Assembly (NCBI GenBank): GCA_039794085.1
Contig: JBDIWC010000018.1
Coordinates: forward strand, 8,909 to 72,908
Reading direction: 5' to 3'
Length of the DNA stretch: 64,000 bases
Source: Gemmatimonadales bacterium
GTDB taxonomy: Bacteria > Gemmatimonadota > Gemmatimonadetes > Gemmatimonadales > GWC2-71-9
A program made the translations under genes and the position numbers. Shown here piece after piece: positions 40,751-49,769 of this stretch (position 1 is its first letter; every line of letters starts with the position of its first letter). Below the pieces are notes generated by a model. The model saw only the letters and a list, made by a program, of their open reading frames with translations. It searched no databases and was not told where the DNA came from.

Positions 40751-41160
40751 GGCGGGTTCCGCGACCGTCCCTTTTGCCGTACACGTACTCGTACACGTAC
40801 TCGTACACGAGTGGGCCGTGCTCTGCCGCAATCGTCACGGGGCCGGGATCCAGGATGGGCTCACGCGCCCCTTCGCGGCTTCGCGCCTTCGCGTGAGCAG
40901 CTGTTCTCTCGCGGGCCCCGGGGTGGGCTGTTCGTGGTGTGCCAACGACCCACACTTTTCCCCGAAGAGAAGAGATCCGAATTCACTCTGCGTTATCGGT
41001 GTCATCAGCGGCTCTTGTGCCTTTTGTGCTTCTTGTGGTTGGCTTTCGGGGTGAGGGGAGGCGCTCCGGTTGGGCATGAACCGATGCGAAGGCCTGAAGT
41101 GCGCCGTGATGTTGTCCCCGGACACTTGGACCCGGGGTCCCTCCCCTCTACCTTCCCACC

Positions 41161-41682
41161 ATGCGCTCGGTGGCCCTTCTTCTGCTCCACGTGCTGGCGG
41201 TGGCGGCCTGCACCGGGTCCCCTCCGGACCGGGAGGGAGGCTCGGAGGGATCGGGACGGTTTCAGGTGACCTGGGACGGCTGGGCCAAGGGCCGCATACG
41301 GGTGGACCTGACGGGGAGCGTGTGTACCGATGACCGGCTGGTGGAAATGCTGGCGTACAAGGGTGATGCCGGGGCCGGGGTCTCGCTCTACTTCCTGGAT
41401 GAGGTGATCCCGGCCCGGTATCCGATCTTCGATCCGCTCCTCCTCGACCCTCCGCGACCGGGATCGGCGATGGCACTTCGCTGGTTTGCCGAAACGACCC
41501 TGGTCGGGCTGGAAGGATTTGAAGGATGGGTGGACGTGGAATCGGTGGCGGGAGACACGATCTCGGGCCGGTTCGAGGTTCAGCTCCGGAACCTGGAACA
41601 CACCGACACCGTGCGGGCGACGGGAACCTTTCGAAACGTACCCTTGGCCGTGGAGTCGACGTGTCACGTGCGACGCAACTGA
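41161..41682 (+). CDS. Hypothetical lipoprotein
   Basis: Lipobox VAAC; directly upstream of ispH. Confidence 0.65.
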   Translation: MRSVALLLLHVLAVAACTGSPPDREGGSEGSGRFQVTWDGWAKGRIRVDLTGSVCTDDRLVEMLAYKGDAGAGVSLYFLDEVIPARYPIFDPLLLDPPRPGSAMALRWFAETTLVGLEGFEGWVDVESVAGDTISGRFEVQLRNLEHTDTVRATGTFRNVPLAVESTCHVRRN

Positions 41683-41692
41683 GGATTCGGCG

Positions 41693-42916
41693 ATGACCAG
41701 CTCCACCTACTTCCGCAAGGGCTTCGGCCTCAAGAGCGCCATCGAAGGCCAGCGCAGCGCTGACTATCACAGTGCGGTGGTCGAGGCGATCCGGGCGGGG
41801 GGGTACCGCCTCACGGTGGGACACCTCACCTTCCATCTTGCCCGGGAGTTCGGGTTCTGCTACGGGGTGGACCGGGCGGTGGACTACGCCTACGAGGCCC
41901 GGGCCCGCTTCCCCGACAAGCGGCTCTTTCTGGTCGGCGAGATCATCCACAACCCCCATGTGAACCGCAAGATGGAGGAGATGGGGATCGCCTTCCTGGC
42001 CCGCGGGGAGGAGGGCAGTTTCGATTTCAGCGAGGTCACCGCCGACGACGTGGTGATCCTCCCCGCCTTCGGGGTCACGATCCAGGACTTCAATCTTCTC
42101 CGGTCGGTGGGGTGTGTTCTGGTCGACACCACCTGCGGCTCGGTGCTCAACGTGTGGAAGCGGGTCGAGCGCTACGCGCGGGATGGCTACACCTCGATCA
42201 TCCACGGCAAGTGGTATCACGAGGAGACCCGCGCCACCGCCAGCCAGGTGTCGAAATATCCCGAAGGGCACTACCTCGTGGTGCGCAACATGGAGGAAAC
42301 CCGGCTGGTGTGCGACTACATCGAGCACGGAGGAGATGCCCCAGCCCTGGCCTCTCGATTCGTGAACGCCACCTCACCCGGCTTCGACTTCACCCGGCAC
42401 CTCGAGCGGGTCGGGCTGGCCAATCAGACCACGATGCTTTCGGGGGAGTCCCTCGCCATCGCCGAGGAGGTGCGGCTCGCGATGATCCGCCGGTACGGCG
42501 CCGACCAGGAGGGGGATCGGGTGCGGACCTTCGACACGATCTGTTCCGCCACCCAGGAGCGACAGGACGCGGTGGAGCAGCTCCTCCGGGAATCACCCCC
42601 GGATCTCATGTTCGTGGTGGGTGGCTACAACTCCAGCAACACCTGTCACCTCGCGGCCCTCTCGCAGAAGCTTGGCATCCGCACCTTCCATCTGGAGGAC
42701 GCCGCCTGCGTGGACCTCACCACCGGTGCCATTCGCCATCAGCCGGTGGGCGCCACCGCCGAGGAGGTCACCGCCGACTGGCTGGGTGAGGCCCGGGTGC
42801 TCGGCATCACAGCCGGGGCGTCCACCCCCAACAACAAGGTCGGGGAAACGGTGATACGGATCGCCGCGGTGGCGGGGCTGGACCTGGACTCTCTCATCTC
42901 CCTGGGGGAGGGCTGA
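41693..42916 (+). CDS. ispH: 4-hydroxy-3-methylbut-2-enyl diphosphate reductase
   Basis: FGFCYGVDRA, EIIHNP, DTTC, HEET, NQTT, DTICSATQERQ, GGYNSSNT, TAGASTP. Confidence 0.96.
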   Translation: MTSSTYFRKGFGLKSAIEGQRSADYHSAVVEAIRAGGYRLTVGHLTFHLAREFGFCYGVDRAVDYAYEARARFPDKRLFLVGEIIHNPHVNRKMEEMGIAFLARGEEGSFDFSEVTADDVVILPAFGVTIQDFNLLRSVGCVLVDTTCGSVLNVWKRVERYARDGYTSIIHGKWYHEETRATASQVSKYPEGHYLVVRNMEETRLVCDYIEHGGDAPALASRFVNATSPGFDFTRHLERVGLANQTTMLSGESLAIAEEVRLAMIRRYGADQEGDRVRTFDTICSATQERQDAVEQLLRESPPDLMFVVGGYNSSNTCHLAALSQKLGIRTFHLEDAACVDLTTGAIRHQPVGATAEEVTADWLGEARVLGITAGASTPNNKVGETVIRIAAVAGLDLDSLISLGEG

Positions 42917-42958
42917 TCCGGCTCGACCCCACGGAGCGAGGTTTGGATGCTCTCAGGG

Positions 42959-42985
42959 CGTCACCCCGGCGGACGCCGGGGTCCA
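42959..42985 (+). repeat. CGTC-type REP palindrome CGTCACCCCGGCGGACGCCGGGGTCCA
   Basis: Further copies at 30661, 43851, 44641 (degenerate), 49965 and 55188 (reverse). Confidence 0.85.
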
Positions 42986-43032
42986 TTCGCTTCAATCCTC
43001 ACCCGTGGAAAGGTGTCCCCGCGAAGCGGGAA

Positions 43033-43132
43033 GCGACCTTCAGTATCGTGGCGAACTCCGGATTGCCATCCGGCGAGAGGGCCTTGGGGAGGCTCCCGTC
43101 CCAGTCCGCTCTTCCGGGCGATCTCCGTGTCG
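43033..43132 (-). pseudogene. Fragment of an addiction-module antidote (HI1420-like HTH)
   Basis: TEIARKSGLGRE / (frameshift) LPKALSPDGNPEFATILKVA. Confidence 0.7.
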
Positions 43133-43186
43133 ATGATCCAGGTACACGAAGGGCTGGAGGAGGAAAACAGATTCCGGCGCACGCCG

Positions 43187-43756
43187 TCAGTCTGCCGGGC
43201 GCAGAATCGACGGGTCCCCGGGCCGCAACTCGGTACAGGCGTCGGACTCTACCGTCCACATCGCGTTGGACACGCGCCATCGTCCGTCGATCTTGACGAA
43301 GTCGAACACATCGACACCGCAATGGGTTGTCTCGCCGTCGACCCAGAACTCATACGGCGCCCACACCACGGCGATGCCACCACGGATCATCACGGTCGGC
43401 GACCAGTACCGCTCCCGAAGGACGCGCCCATCGTCCCGGGAGGGATCTGTCCAAAAGGAGTTCGGGCGTGCCACGATCTCCATCCCGCCGCCTTCGGCCG
43501 GGCGCCAGATGCCGCTCTGGGAGTCCACCTCGAAAACCGGGCGCCACACGTAGGTCATTCCGTCCGGGGTCATCATCGCCGCCTGGGCTTCGCGATCGGA
43601 CTCGGAGATCGCCGTGACGTAGCGGTCCAGTGCCTCGAGAACGGCCGCCTCCTCGCCCGGTTGGTGCCCTTCGGCGATGTGCGGCGTGGGGGGAGCGGAG
43701 GCTCCGCAGGCGGACAGGAAGGTCATCATTGCGATCAGGAACATGCTTCGCGTCAT
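43187..43756 (-). CDS. NTF2-like lipoprotein
   Basis: Lipobox LSAC; IAVVWAPYEFWVDGETTHCGVDVFDFVKIDGRWRV. Confidence 0.8.
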   Translation of the reverse strand: MTRSMFLIAMMTFLSACGASAPPTPHIAEGHQPGEEAAVLEALDRYVTAISESDREAQAAMMTPDGMTYVWRPVFEVDSQSGIWRPAEGGGMEIVARPNSFWTDPSRDDGRVLRERYWSPTVMIRGGIAVVWAPYEFWVDGETTHCGVDVFDFVKIDGRWRVSNAMWTVESDACTELRPGDPSILRPAD

Positions 43757-43961
43757 GTCATCCTCCTGGGTATCACAAGGGTGTCCTCGCTCGCCTGACG
43801 TCTCGCCATTCTGCTGCGCACACGTGTCGTGACCCACGATCTCCTTCAGGCGTCACCCCGGCGGACGCCGGGGTCCATCCCCGTCAATTTCAATTTCAAT
43901 TCAATCCTCGCCCCGGCGAGGTGTGGACCCCGGCCAAGTGGGAACCAGGGGCATTATCTCG

Positions 43962-44333
43962 CTAGCGAGCGTCACTCTCCCGTCTTGGAGATAACGGATC
44001 CCGCGTCAGGACGAGAAGGGCGGATTCGGTGTTCGCTGCGAATGAAGACACTTCCTCCACTTTCGCGCGCAAGACAACCTCGACGTCAGCTGTCCGGCAA
44101 TTCCCCAGGCGCACCCAGATCACTTTGGGTGGGGATCCGCGAAGGAAGCTGAACTGGCGAAAGTCATCATCCTTCGTGACGATCATGAATTCTCCCGTTC
44201 GGGCGTACTGCCACACGAGTTCGTCGTCACCCACGGCAAGTCCGAGATCGCGCACGTGCGCGGAGTCCGGATACAGGTCGCCCAGTCGACGGACGAGCGT
44301 CGGCGAGAGATTTTGATCGAAGAGGAGCTTCAG
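43962..44333 (-). CDS. DUF5615 PIN-like toxin (CTG start)
   Basis: (M)KLLFDQNLSP...SAHVRDLGL, IVTKDDDF, PPKVIWVRLGN. Confidence 0.85.
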   Translation of the reverse strand: MKLLFDQNLSPTLVRRLGDLYPDSAHVRDLGLAVGDDELVWQYARTGEFMIVTKDDDFRQFSFLRGSPPKVIWVRLGNCRTADVEVVLRAKVEEVSSFAANTESALLVLTRDPLSPRRESDAR

Positions 44334-44354
44334 GTTGGGCCGCCTTGAGCCTCG

Positions 44355-44579
44355 TTACGCCGCCGGACCCACGAGTCGTCGCTCACGGTCCGCAGCAAAG
44401 GCAAGCGCCGCGTGTATGTCCTCGCGCTCCAGATCCGGGAAGTCGGCCAGGATCTCGTCCGTGCTCATGCCTCCGGCCAGGTAGTCGAGAATGTCATACA
44501 CCGTGATACGCAGGCCACGGATGCAAGGCTTGCCGCTGCGCTTGCCAGGTTCGATGGTGATCCGGTCGCGGTAGTCCAT
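44355..44579 (-). CDS. DUF433 antitoxin
   Basis: ITIEPGKRSGKPCIRGLRITVYDILDYLAGGMS..EILADFPDL. Confidence 0.92.
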   Translation of the reverse strand: MDYRDRITIEPGKRSGKPCIRGLRITVYDILDYLAGGMSTDEILADFPDLEREDIHAALAFAADRERRLVGPAA

Positions 44580-44779
44580 ACTTTCAGCATAGTCTCTGAA
44601 GGGGTGAGCCGCAAGCTGCCGGCTCCGAGACCCCCTGGGTGTCACCCCCGCGCACGCCGCCGGAGTCCATTCCCTTCAATCCTCACCCGAGGAAAAGGTG
44701 TCCCCGCAAAGCGAGGTGTGGCTCGGATGCTCTCCGGGCGTCCCCCCTGCCAAGCTTGTCCCTGGAAAGGCGGGGAGAG

Positions 44780-45925
44780 TTAACGGCCGATCCGCCCGCG
44801 CACGATGTATGGGATACCGTCCCGGTCGCGTGCTGCCAGCCATACCACGTTATCCCGAGTGACCGGACGCACCCAGGAGATGATCGCATGCGGGATGCGC
44901 ACTTCGGCGATCGCCTCGCCGCCGGCCGAATAGATCTCGAAGAGAGAGGTTTCGTCGGCGGTGCCGCGCCGGACCCAGAGACGAGTGTCATCATCGACGA
45001 AGGCGCTCTGGATCACCGGTTTGACGGTCGGGATCCGGCTCCAGTCCGGGTCCGGTTCGTTCAGGGACGCCAGGAACTTGCGTATGCCTGCGATCGCGGA
45101 ATCGCGTTCCGCCGGGGTGACGGGGAAGGGGGTGGTCCCGCGGTGGATGCGCGCCCCCGTATCGTGCTGCTCGATGCCGAGCTTGAACAGCCGGTACTCG
45201 GCCCCGGTCGGCGCGCACCAGACGGCGCCGCTGGTCCAGTCGAAGGCGAGGACAGGTCCCGGATAGAAGGGAATATTCACGGAGTACCGGGCTCCACCGC
45301 GGCCACCTTCCAGGGGCTTCCAGTAGCTGCCGTCTCCGGTTGTCCACCCAGGAGGCCGGCACGCGGGGAGCGAGACCGTATCGATACGGCTCCAGTCCGG
45401 CTCTGCTCGCCGAAGGGTGCGTTTCGGCTCGTCGCCCTCTATGCGCCCGAAGACCTCGTCCCAGATTCGGCCGGTCCGGTCTATTCCTCCGGTCCAGACC
45501 CAGCCATAACCCTGGGCTGGAGCGATCTGCTGCGTGAGGAAGTCGCCCGTCTCGCTGAAAAGGGAGAATCGGCCGTTTTGCGGATCATGCACCCAGACCA
45601 CACCATCGGGCGCCAAAGCCATCCCGTCAGGCCAGAGAAACTCTCCGGGTCCCTGACCTCGCCGTCCGATTGTGCGCAGCGGTTTTCCGAGAGAGTCAAA
45701 CACCCGAATGTTCTGGGTCGAAGCCTCCAGCGCCCAGATGTTGCCGCTCCGCGTGACGAGAACCCCTTTGAGATCGCTGAGTCCGTCGGGATCGTCTGCG
45801 CCGCCCCCAATTCGGAAGTCCTCGACGAAGTGCCACTCCCCAAGGACAGCCGGGTCCGCAGGGGAGGTGCAGGCGGGGAAGGTGGCGAGGATCGAAAGCA
45901 GTGCCAACTTGTTCGTGGTGGCCAT
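44780..45925 (-). CDS. 6-bladed beta-propeller (NHL-like) lipoprotein
   Basis: Signal ending in PAC, IRVFDSLGKPLRTIGRRGQGPGEF. Confidence 0.82.
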   Translation of the reverse strand: MATTNKLALLSILATFPACTSPADPAVLGEWHFVEDFRIGGGADDPDGLSDLKGVLVTRSGNIWALEASTQNIRVFDSLGKPLRTIGRRGQGPGEFLWPDGMALAPDGVVWVHDPQNGRFSLFSETGDFLTQQIAPAQGYGWVWTGGIDRTGRIWDEVFGRIEGDEPKRTLRRAEPDWSRIDTVSLPACRPPGWTTGDGSYWKPLEGGRGGARYSVNIPFYPGPVLAFDWTSGAVWCAPTGAEYRLFKLGIEQHDTGARIHRGTTPFPVTPAERDSAIAGIRKFLASLNEPDPDWSRIPTVKPVIQSAFVDDDTRLWVRRGTADETSLFEIYSAGGEAIAEVRIPHAIISWVRPVTRDNVVWLAARDRDGIPYIVRGRIGR

Positions 45926-45999
45926 GGAACCTGCTGGATTTGGGGTTCCGCCAGTGCAGAGGGGTAGCCAAAGGATGGTCCCCTCAGGGGCACAACCGA

Positions 46000-46063
46000 A
46001 CACCTCGGTGCCCACTATTCTGCAGGTCGATCACACCTTCCGCAAGATTACCCGGAACAGTGC
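46000..46063 (-). promoter_or_regulatory. Third copy of the cassette promoter module (TTGCGG-N17-CAGAAT-N7-ACCGA)
   Basis: GCACTGTTCCGGGTAATCTTGCGG aligns with GCAGTGTTCTGGGATTACCTTGCGG at 49716-49740. Confidence 0.6.
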
Positions 46064-46121
46064 CCGAACTCCGCCACCACCCTGCGCGTCTCTCCAGCCC
46101 ATCCCCCCGGACTCCGGGCTC

Positions 46122-46565
46122 TCAATCCCCTCGCTCGGTCGCTGCGCGATGCCAACGCTCCACGCGCAGGCCGTGAAAGGGCTCGAAGTCTCGAACGTTG
46201 TCCGTGACCAGGATGAGGCCATTGACCGCGGCGACAGCGGCGATCTGGCCGTCGGCGAACGCGGGTGTCTGTCCGGCCTTGGTGAGCCGGGCGCGCTGCG
46301 CAGCATGCCATTCCGCAGCGACCGCGTCATAAGGCAGGATCGGGAGTGCAGCGGAGACGACCTCGGCCAGGTATCGCTCAATCGCCGCGCGCTTTCGAGA
46401 GGGGCGGAGCAGCCCGACGCCGAAAGCCAGCTCGTGCCAGACGATGGAGGCTGTGGCGAGTTCACCGCCGCGCTCCCGCAGCTTGTTGACGACCGCCTCG
46501 TCCGGCTCCTTGCGCACCGGCTCGGAGAGGACATTGGTGTCGACCAAATAGCGAGGCGTCACCAC
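46122..46565 (-). CDS. vapC: VapC PIN-domain toxin
   Basis: YLVDTNVLSE, HELAFG, FADGQIAAVA, LVTDNVRDF. Confidence 0.92.
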   Translation of the reverse strand: MVTPRYLVDTNVLSEPVRKEPDEAVVNKLRERGGELATASIVWHELAFGVGLLRPSRKRAAIERYLAEVVSAALPILPYDAVAAEWHAAQRARLTKAGQTPAFADGQIAAVAAVNGLILVTDNVRDFEPFHGLRVERWHRAATERGD

Positions 46566-46840
46566 CGAGGTTCCCGCCCGGTCCCGCGGTCACGCAGATT
46601 CTCAAGCTCACCCTGATCGAGCTGAATCTCAGGCATCTCCACCTGCTCGAGGAGGGCGTCAAGCGCCACCCCGAATGAAGGGCGCCCGTGCGCCAACTGC
46701 TGGTAGCGCGCCGCCGAGACCAGGACTGCCACGGGTGTCCCCCACCGCGTGATCTGGACGGCCGCGCCCTCCTCGGCTTCCTTCACCAGACCGGGTAGCC
46801 TTGCCCGAGCTTCGGCGATCGATACGCTATGTTCCGCCAT
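46559..46840 (-). CDS. Phd/YefM-family antitoxin
   Basis: SIAEARARLPGLVKEAEEG..VQITRWGTPVAVLVS; GGAGG RBS. Confidence 0.9.
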   Translation of the reverse strand: MAEHSVSIAEARARLPGLVKEAEEGAAVQITRWGTPVAVLVSAARYQQLAHGRPSFGVALDALLEQVEMPEIQLDQGELENLRDRGTGREPRW

Positions 46841-46849
46841 GTTACCTCC

Positions 46850-46869
46850 ATGTACATCTTTATGTACAT
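46850..46869. promoter_or_regulatory. TA autoregulatory operator ATGTACAT-CTTT-ATGTACAT
   Basis: Two palindromic TGTACA cores directly upstream of the antitoxin RBS. Confidence 0.75.
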
Positions 46870-46967
46870 AGAATAGCATTACCGGTGCTCACGCGCAAGT
46901 CCTCGGATCCGCTTCCGGGCGGTAATGCCCTCCGGGCAGGGGTTCAGGACGCCTATCGCGTCCAGCC

Positions 46968-47070
46968 ACATAACGTCTCGCGTTTCGGTGGCGCGACAAG
47001 GGTGTCCCCCGAGCGCCGCCGGCGCGAGCCCACTCGCTCAGATCGCGGCAACAGCACACGCATGTTGGGC
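46968..47070 (-). mobile_element. Integron attC site (degenerate)
   Basis: Minus strand GCCCAAC-ATGCGT ... ACGCGAGAC-GTTATGT, 103 bp, about 30 nt after a stop codon. Confidence 0.7.
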
Positions 47071-47099
47071 AGCACCGTTGTCGGGAATCGAGCGAACGG

Positions 47100-47400
47100 T
47101 CAATGACCGCCACGTCGTGGGATGTAGCTCCCGTTCTCATCGAATGGCTGCGCATCACGGTGGAACCTGATCTGGCGCCACCACTCGCGTCTCGTCGCAG
47201 CACGGTCGTGAAGCGGACGGAGACTCGCTCCGGCTCCTCGCCTTTCAGCTGGAACTCTCCGGTGAAGAAGCCCCAGGCAAGCCCCACTCCGATGTCCACG
47301 GATGACTCAATCTCATCAATCGTGATTCGGTAGTACTCGACAGCAGCCAGAAAGCGGTTGATGATCTTCAGCTCCTCGGCTCTCGACTGAAACGCCCGAT
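47100..47400 (-). pseudogene. 5'-truncated, frameshifted NTF2/SnoaL-like cassette gene
   Basis: ...GLAWGFFTGEFQLKG...VRFTTVLRRDASG / WRQIRFHRDAQPFDENG; no start codon. Confidence 0.55.
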
Positions 47401-47419
47401 GAGGCTTGGTCCGCTGCCA

Positions 47420-47600
47420 CCACGGTGGCGGCGACCGCCCCGCTGGGGCGCGCGGCGTACAGCGCCTGTTGGGCAGCGCTCATCCGTGCAACATCTTCGG
47501 GCGTGGCGGTCACGTCGCTCAGATAGGCAAGGCAGCCGAGCAGATTCCAAAGGAGGGCCACGATGGTAACCGGCAGGTACCACCGCGGCACTGTCTCCAC
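47420..47600 (-). pseudogene. 3'-truncated membrane protein gene
   Basis: AAGGAG RBS, PRWYLPVTIVALLWNLLGCLAYL...QQALYAARP, then runs into unrelated sequence. Confidence 0.5.
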
Positions 47601-47721
47601 AGCCCACTCCTTCGTTCCGGTGATGGCACCCGAGCCGCTCCACTCCGCCGATCGCAGCACCGCTCATCGAGCGCAACCCCCGAACGGGCGTGAACCATTC
47701 GATTGCCCCACACGATCTCCA

Positions 47722-48459
47722 TCAGCGTCCTCGAATGAGAAACAACAGCCCTGCCGCCGTCATCGTCAACTCGATGAGGAACACGAACACATGTTCCGGA
47801 AGCCGATCGACGATCCGCTTCCCTGTCCAAGACCCGACAATCATTAGTGGACCGATTGCGAGACCCGCAAGAATGCTCTCCATCGGGAGCACGGCCGCGC
47901 CGCGGTAGGCGACAAGCTTCGTAACGTGCATCACGACTGTGGAGAGCGCCTCGGTGCCGATATATGCACACTTCACCAACCCGTAGGCGAGGAAGAACGG
48001 TGCCATGAGCGGTCCCACGCTTCCCAACAGCGCCGAGAGGAAGCTTCCGCCGGCCCCGATGAGCGCGAATGATCGCAGGGTGGGTCGTACGGTCGTTCGG
48101 GGTCCCAGCCTCCGCCAAGCCACGATGAGCAAGAGAAAAAGGCCAAGCAGGCGCGTCAGACCCTCAAGTGGTGCCCGTGCAAAGAGCAGACCGCCAAGCA
48201 GTGCCAGGGGAACGCCGCCCACTGCAAACCAGCCCACCACTCGATAGTCAAGCTCGTGCCGGTTGAACCATACGCGGCTGGCGTTACCGGTGAGTTGCGC
48301 GACTGTCAGTATCGGCACCGCGTCGCGTACGCCGAAGGCGATGACAAGCACGGGGAGCAGCACGACCGCCTCACCGAAGCCTGTCACTGCGGCGAGCGTG
48401 GACGCAAGCAGGGCAACGGCGCCGACAAGTAGTGAAGCTCCGAGGTCAATATGCGGCAT
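47722..48459 (-). CDS. Sulfite exporter TauE/SafE family membrane protein, integron cassette
   Basis: AVTGFG, GSVGPL, many TM segments; ATG lies inside the GTTATGC core. Confidence 0.85.
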   Translation of the reverse strand: MPHIDLGASLLVGAVALLASTLAAVTGFGEAVVLLPVLVIAFGVRDAVPILTVAQLTGNASRVWFNRHELDYRVVGWFAVGGVPLALLGGLLFARAPLEGLTRLLGLFLLLIVAWRRLGPRTTVRPTLRSFALIGAGGSFLSALLGSVGPLMAPFFLAYGLVKCAYIGTEALSTVVMHVTKLVAYRGAAVLPMESILAGLAIGPLMIVGSWTGKRIVDRLPEHVFVFLIELTMTAAGLLFLIRGR

Positions 48460-48531
48460 AACCGCGTATGAGTTCAGCGGCAACACAGGCGCGAATGCGC
48501 CTGTGTTGTCATCTGCAATGAGGGGTTAGGC
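48456..48531 (-). mobile_element. Integron attC site
   Basis: Minus strand GCCTAAC-CCCTCA-TTGCAG-ATGACAACACAGGCGC...GCGCCTGTGTTGCCG-CTGAA-CTCATACGCG-GTTATGC, 76 bp. Confidence 0.9.
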
Positions 48532-48579
48532 GGTCAGTCACGAATGCAGGTGGGAAGAAGAGTTGGCCACATGCTCGTG

Positions 48580-49026
48580 TCACACACCAAACTGTACGAG
48601 GTGGTGGTCGAGGTGCTTCCAGCAAAGCTGCCCCCACTCCTGCGGTGAGAGCGGGCCGAAGGTGGGGTGTACAGCACTGGCGGTGCCGCGGCCGACGCGC
48701 TCAGTGAGTTCAATGCACGCCGAGAGGTCGGCGTCCCAATCCGTTGGTTGCGAGACCAGCATCTCCGGTGCGGTCATGATCTTGCCACGAGGAGGCCTGA
48801 TGCCCGTGTTGACCACGAGGAACTTGAGGAAGGTGCGTGAAGCCAGCGTGTGAGCCGGTGCTGTCGGAACGTCGCCCAGCGCAACGCGCAGTTGATCCGC
48901 GACGTGGCAGAGCATGCGTGGTGCGTTGAGGGTGCCCCACGCCGCCTGTGCGTCAGGAGTGAGACGTCGCAGTCGCTCGAGGATGAGTGCGCGGTCTTCT
49001 TCTGCCAACAGGGTGCGGAGTGCCAC
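48580..49026 (-). CDS. DinB-like / DUF1569 family protein, integron cassette
   Basis: WGTLNAPRMLCHV, HPTFGPLSPQEWG...KHLDHHLVQFGV. Confidence 0.88.
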   Translation of the reverse strand: MALRTLLAEEDRALILERLRRLTPDAQAAWGTLNAPRMLCHVADQLRVALGDVPTAPAHTLASRTFLKFLVVNTGIRPPRGKIMTAPEMLVSQPTDWDADLSACIELTERVGRGTASAVHPTFGPLSPQEWGQLCWKHLDHHLVQFGV

Positions 49027-49042
49027 GAGGTTCTCCCTGGAC

Positions 49043-49102
49043 GCCTAGCTTTCCGATTCATCGGCGGCGCGTAGCGTCGTCCGCTGCAACAGGTTGTTAG
49101 CT
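49043..49102 (-). mobile_element. Integron attC site (60-bp, classic short type)
   Basis: Minus strand AGCTAAC-AACCTG-TTGCAGCGGACGACGCTACGCGCCGCCGATGAA-TCGGAAA-GCTAGGC. Confidence 0.88.
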
Positions 49103-49113
49103 GGCCGTTCCCT

Positions 49114-49596
49114 TCATTTGCCGGCCACGACGATATCAGCCTTAGTCGAACCAACGATGTCAAGAAGCTCCTGAGTCTCCTTCGCTGGGACGCGATGCTT
49201 CGCGAGCACCTCTTTGAAGATGGTCACCATCCGCTCCCACTCCCGTTCCGCGATGTTCAAGTGGGTGTGAGCCTCCTTCATCCCGCGACCCTGGTACTGG
49301 CAAGGGCCGCCAGTGGCTTGGCACACCATGGCCGTCACGTGGTACTTCAGATAGGGCGCTGGCACACGCTTCCTCGTGGCATCGATCGCAGGATTCGCAT
49401 TGAGGACGGCGTCCGGCACAAGGGCATCGATAAAATCGCTCACCACGACCGAAAGCGGCGCAAGGCCACCAAGCCGGTCGTAGAGGGATTGCTGTTTCTG
49501 CCCTGGCTGGCCCTGCGCGAGTGCCGAGTGGAACCCTCCTACCACAAGGGCGACGACTACAAGACCCATCCAGGGTTTCGTGCTGCGCGTGAACAT
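49114..49596 (-). CDS. Group 1 truncated haemoglobin with signal peptide, integron cassette
   Basis: SLYDRLGG, CQATGGPCQYQGRGMKEAHTHLNI; AGGAGG RBS. Confidence 0.9.
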   Translation of the reverse strand: MFTRSTKPWMGLVVVALVVGGFHSALAQGQPGQKQQSLYDRLGGLAPLSVVVSDFIDALVPDAVLNANPAIDATRKRVPAPYLKYHVTAMVCQATGGPCQYQGRGMKEAHTHLNIAEREWERMVTIFKEVLAKHRVPAKETQELLDIVGSTKADIVVAGK

Positions 49597-49666
49597 AGTT
49601 GACCTCCTTCTGCCTGTCGGGGGTGTGTCGCCCCCCGTGGCTTCGTTGTCACGTGGCCCCGCCGCA

Positions 49667-49721
49667 GGCCAGCTGAGTTATCGGTTTCAAGTATACTGCA
49701 CCAGAATTGCGCCATCCGCAA
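49667..49721 (-). promoter_or_regulatory. Putative cassette promoter (TTGCGG-N17-CAGTAT, overlapping TATACT) and degenerate attI-like core
   Basis: ACCGA motif, then CTCAGCTGGCC, which mirrors GGCCAGCTAAC at the end of the globin cassette. Confidence 0.65.
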
Positions 49722-49769
49722 GGTAATCCCAGAACACTGCGGGGGGGGCATGATCCCCCGGAACCTTCA

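Noticed and set aside
44334..44340. GCCCAAC after the DUF433 stop as an attC R'' box
   Set aside because: Lies inside a TA operon, with no matching L boxes or downstream GTTRRRY hairpin seen.
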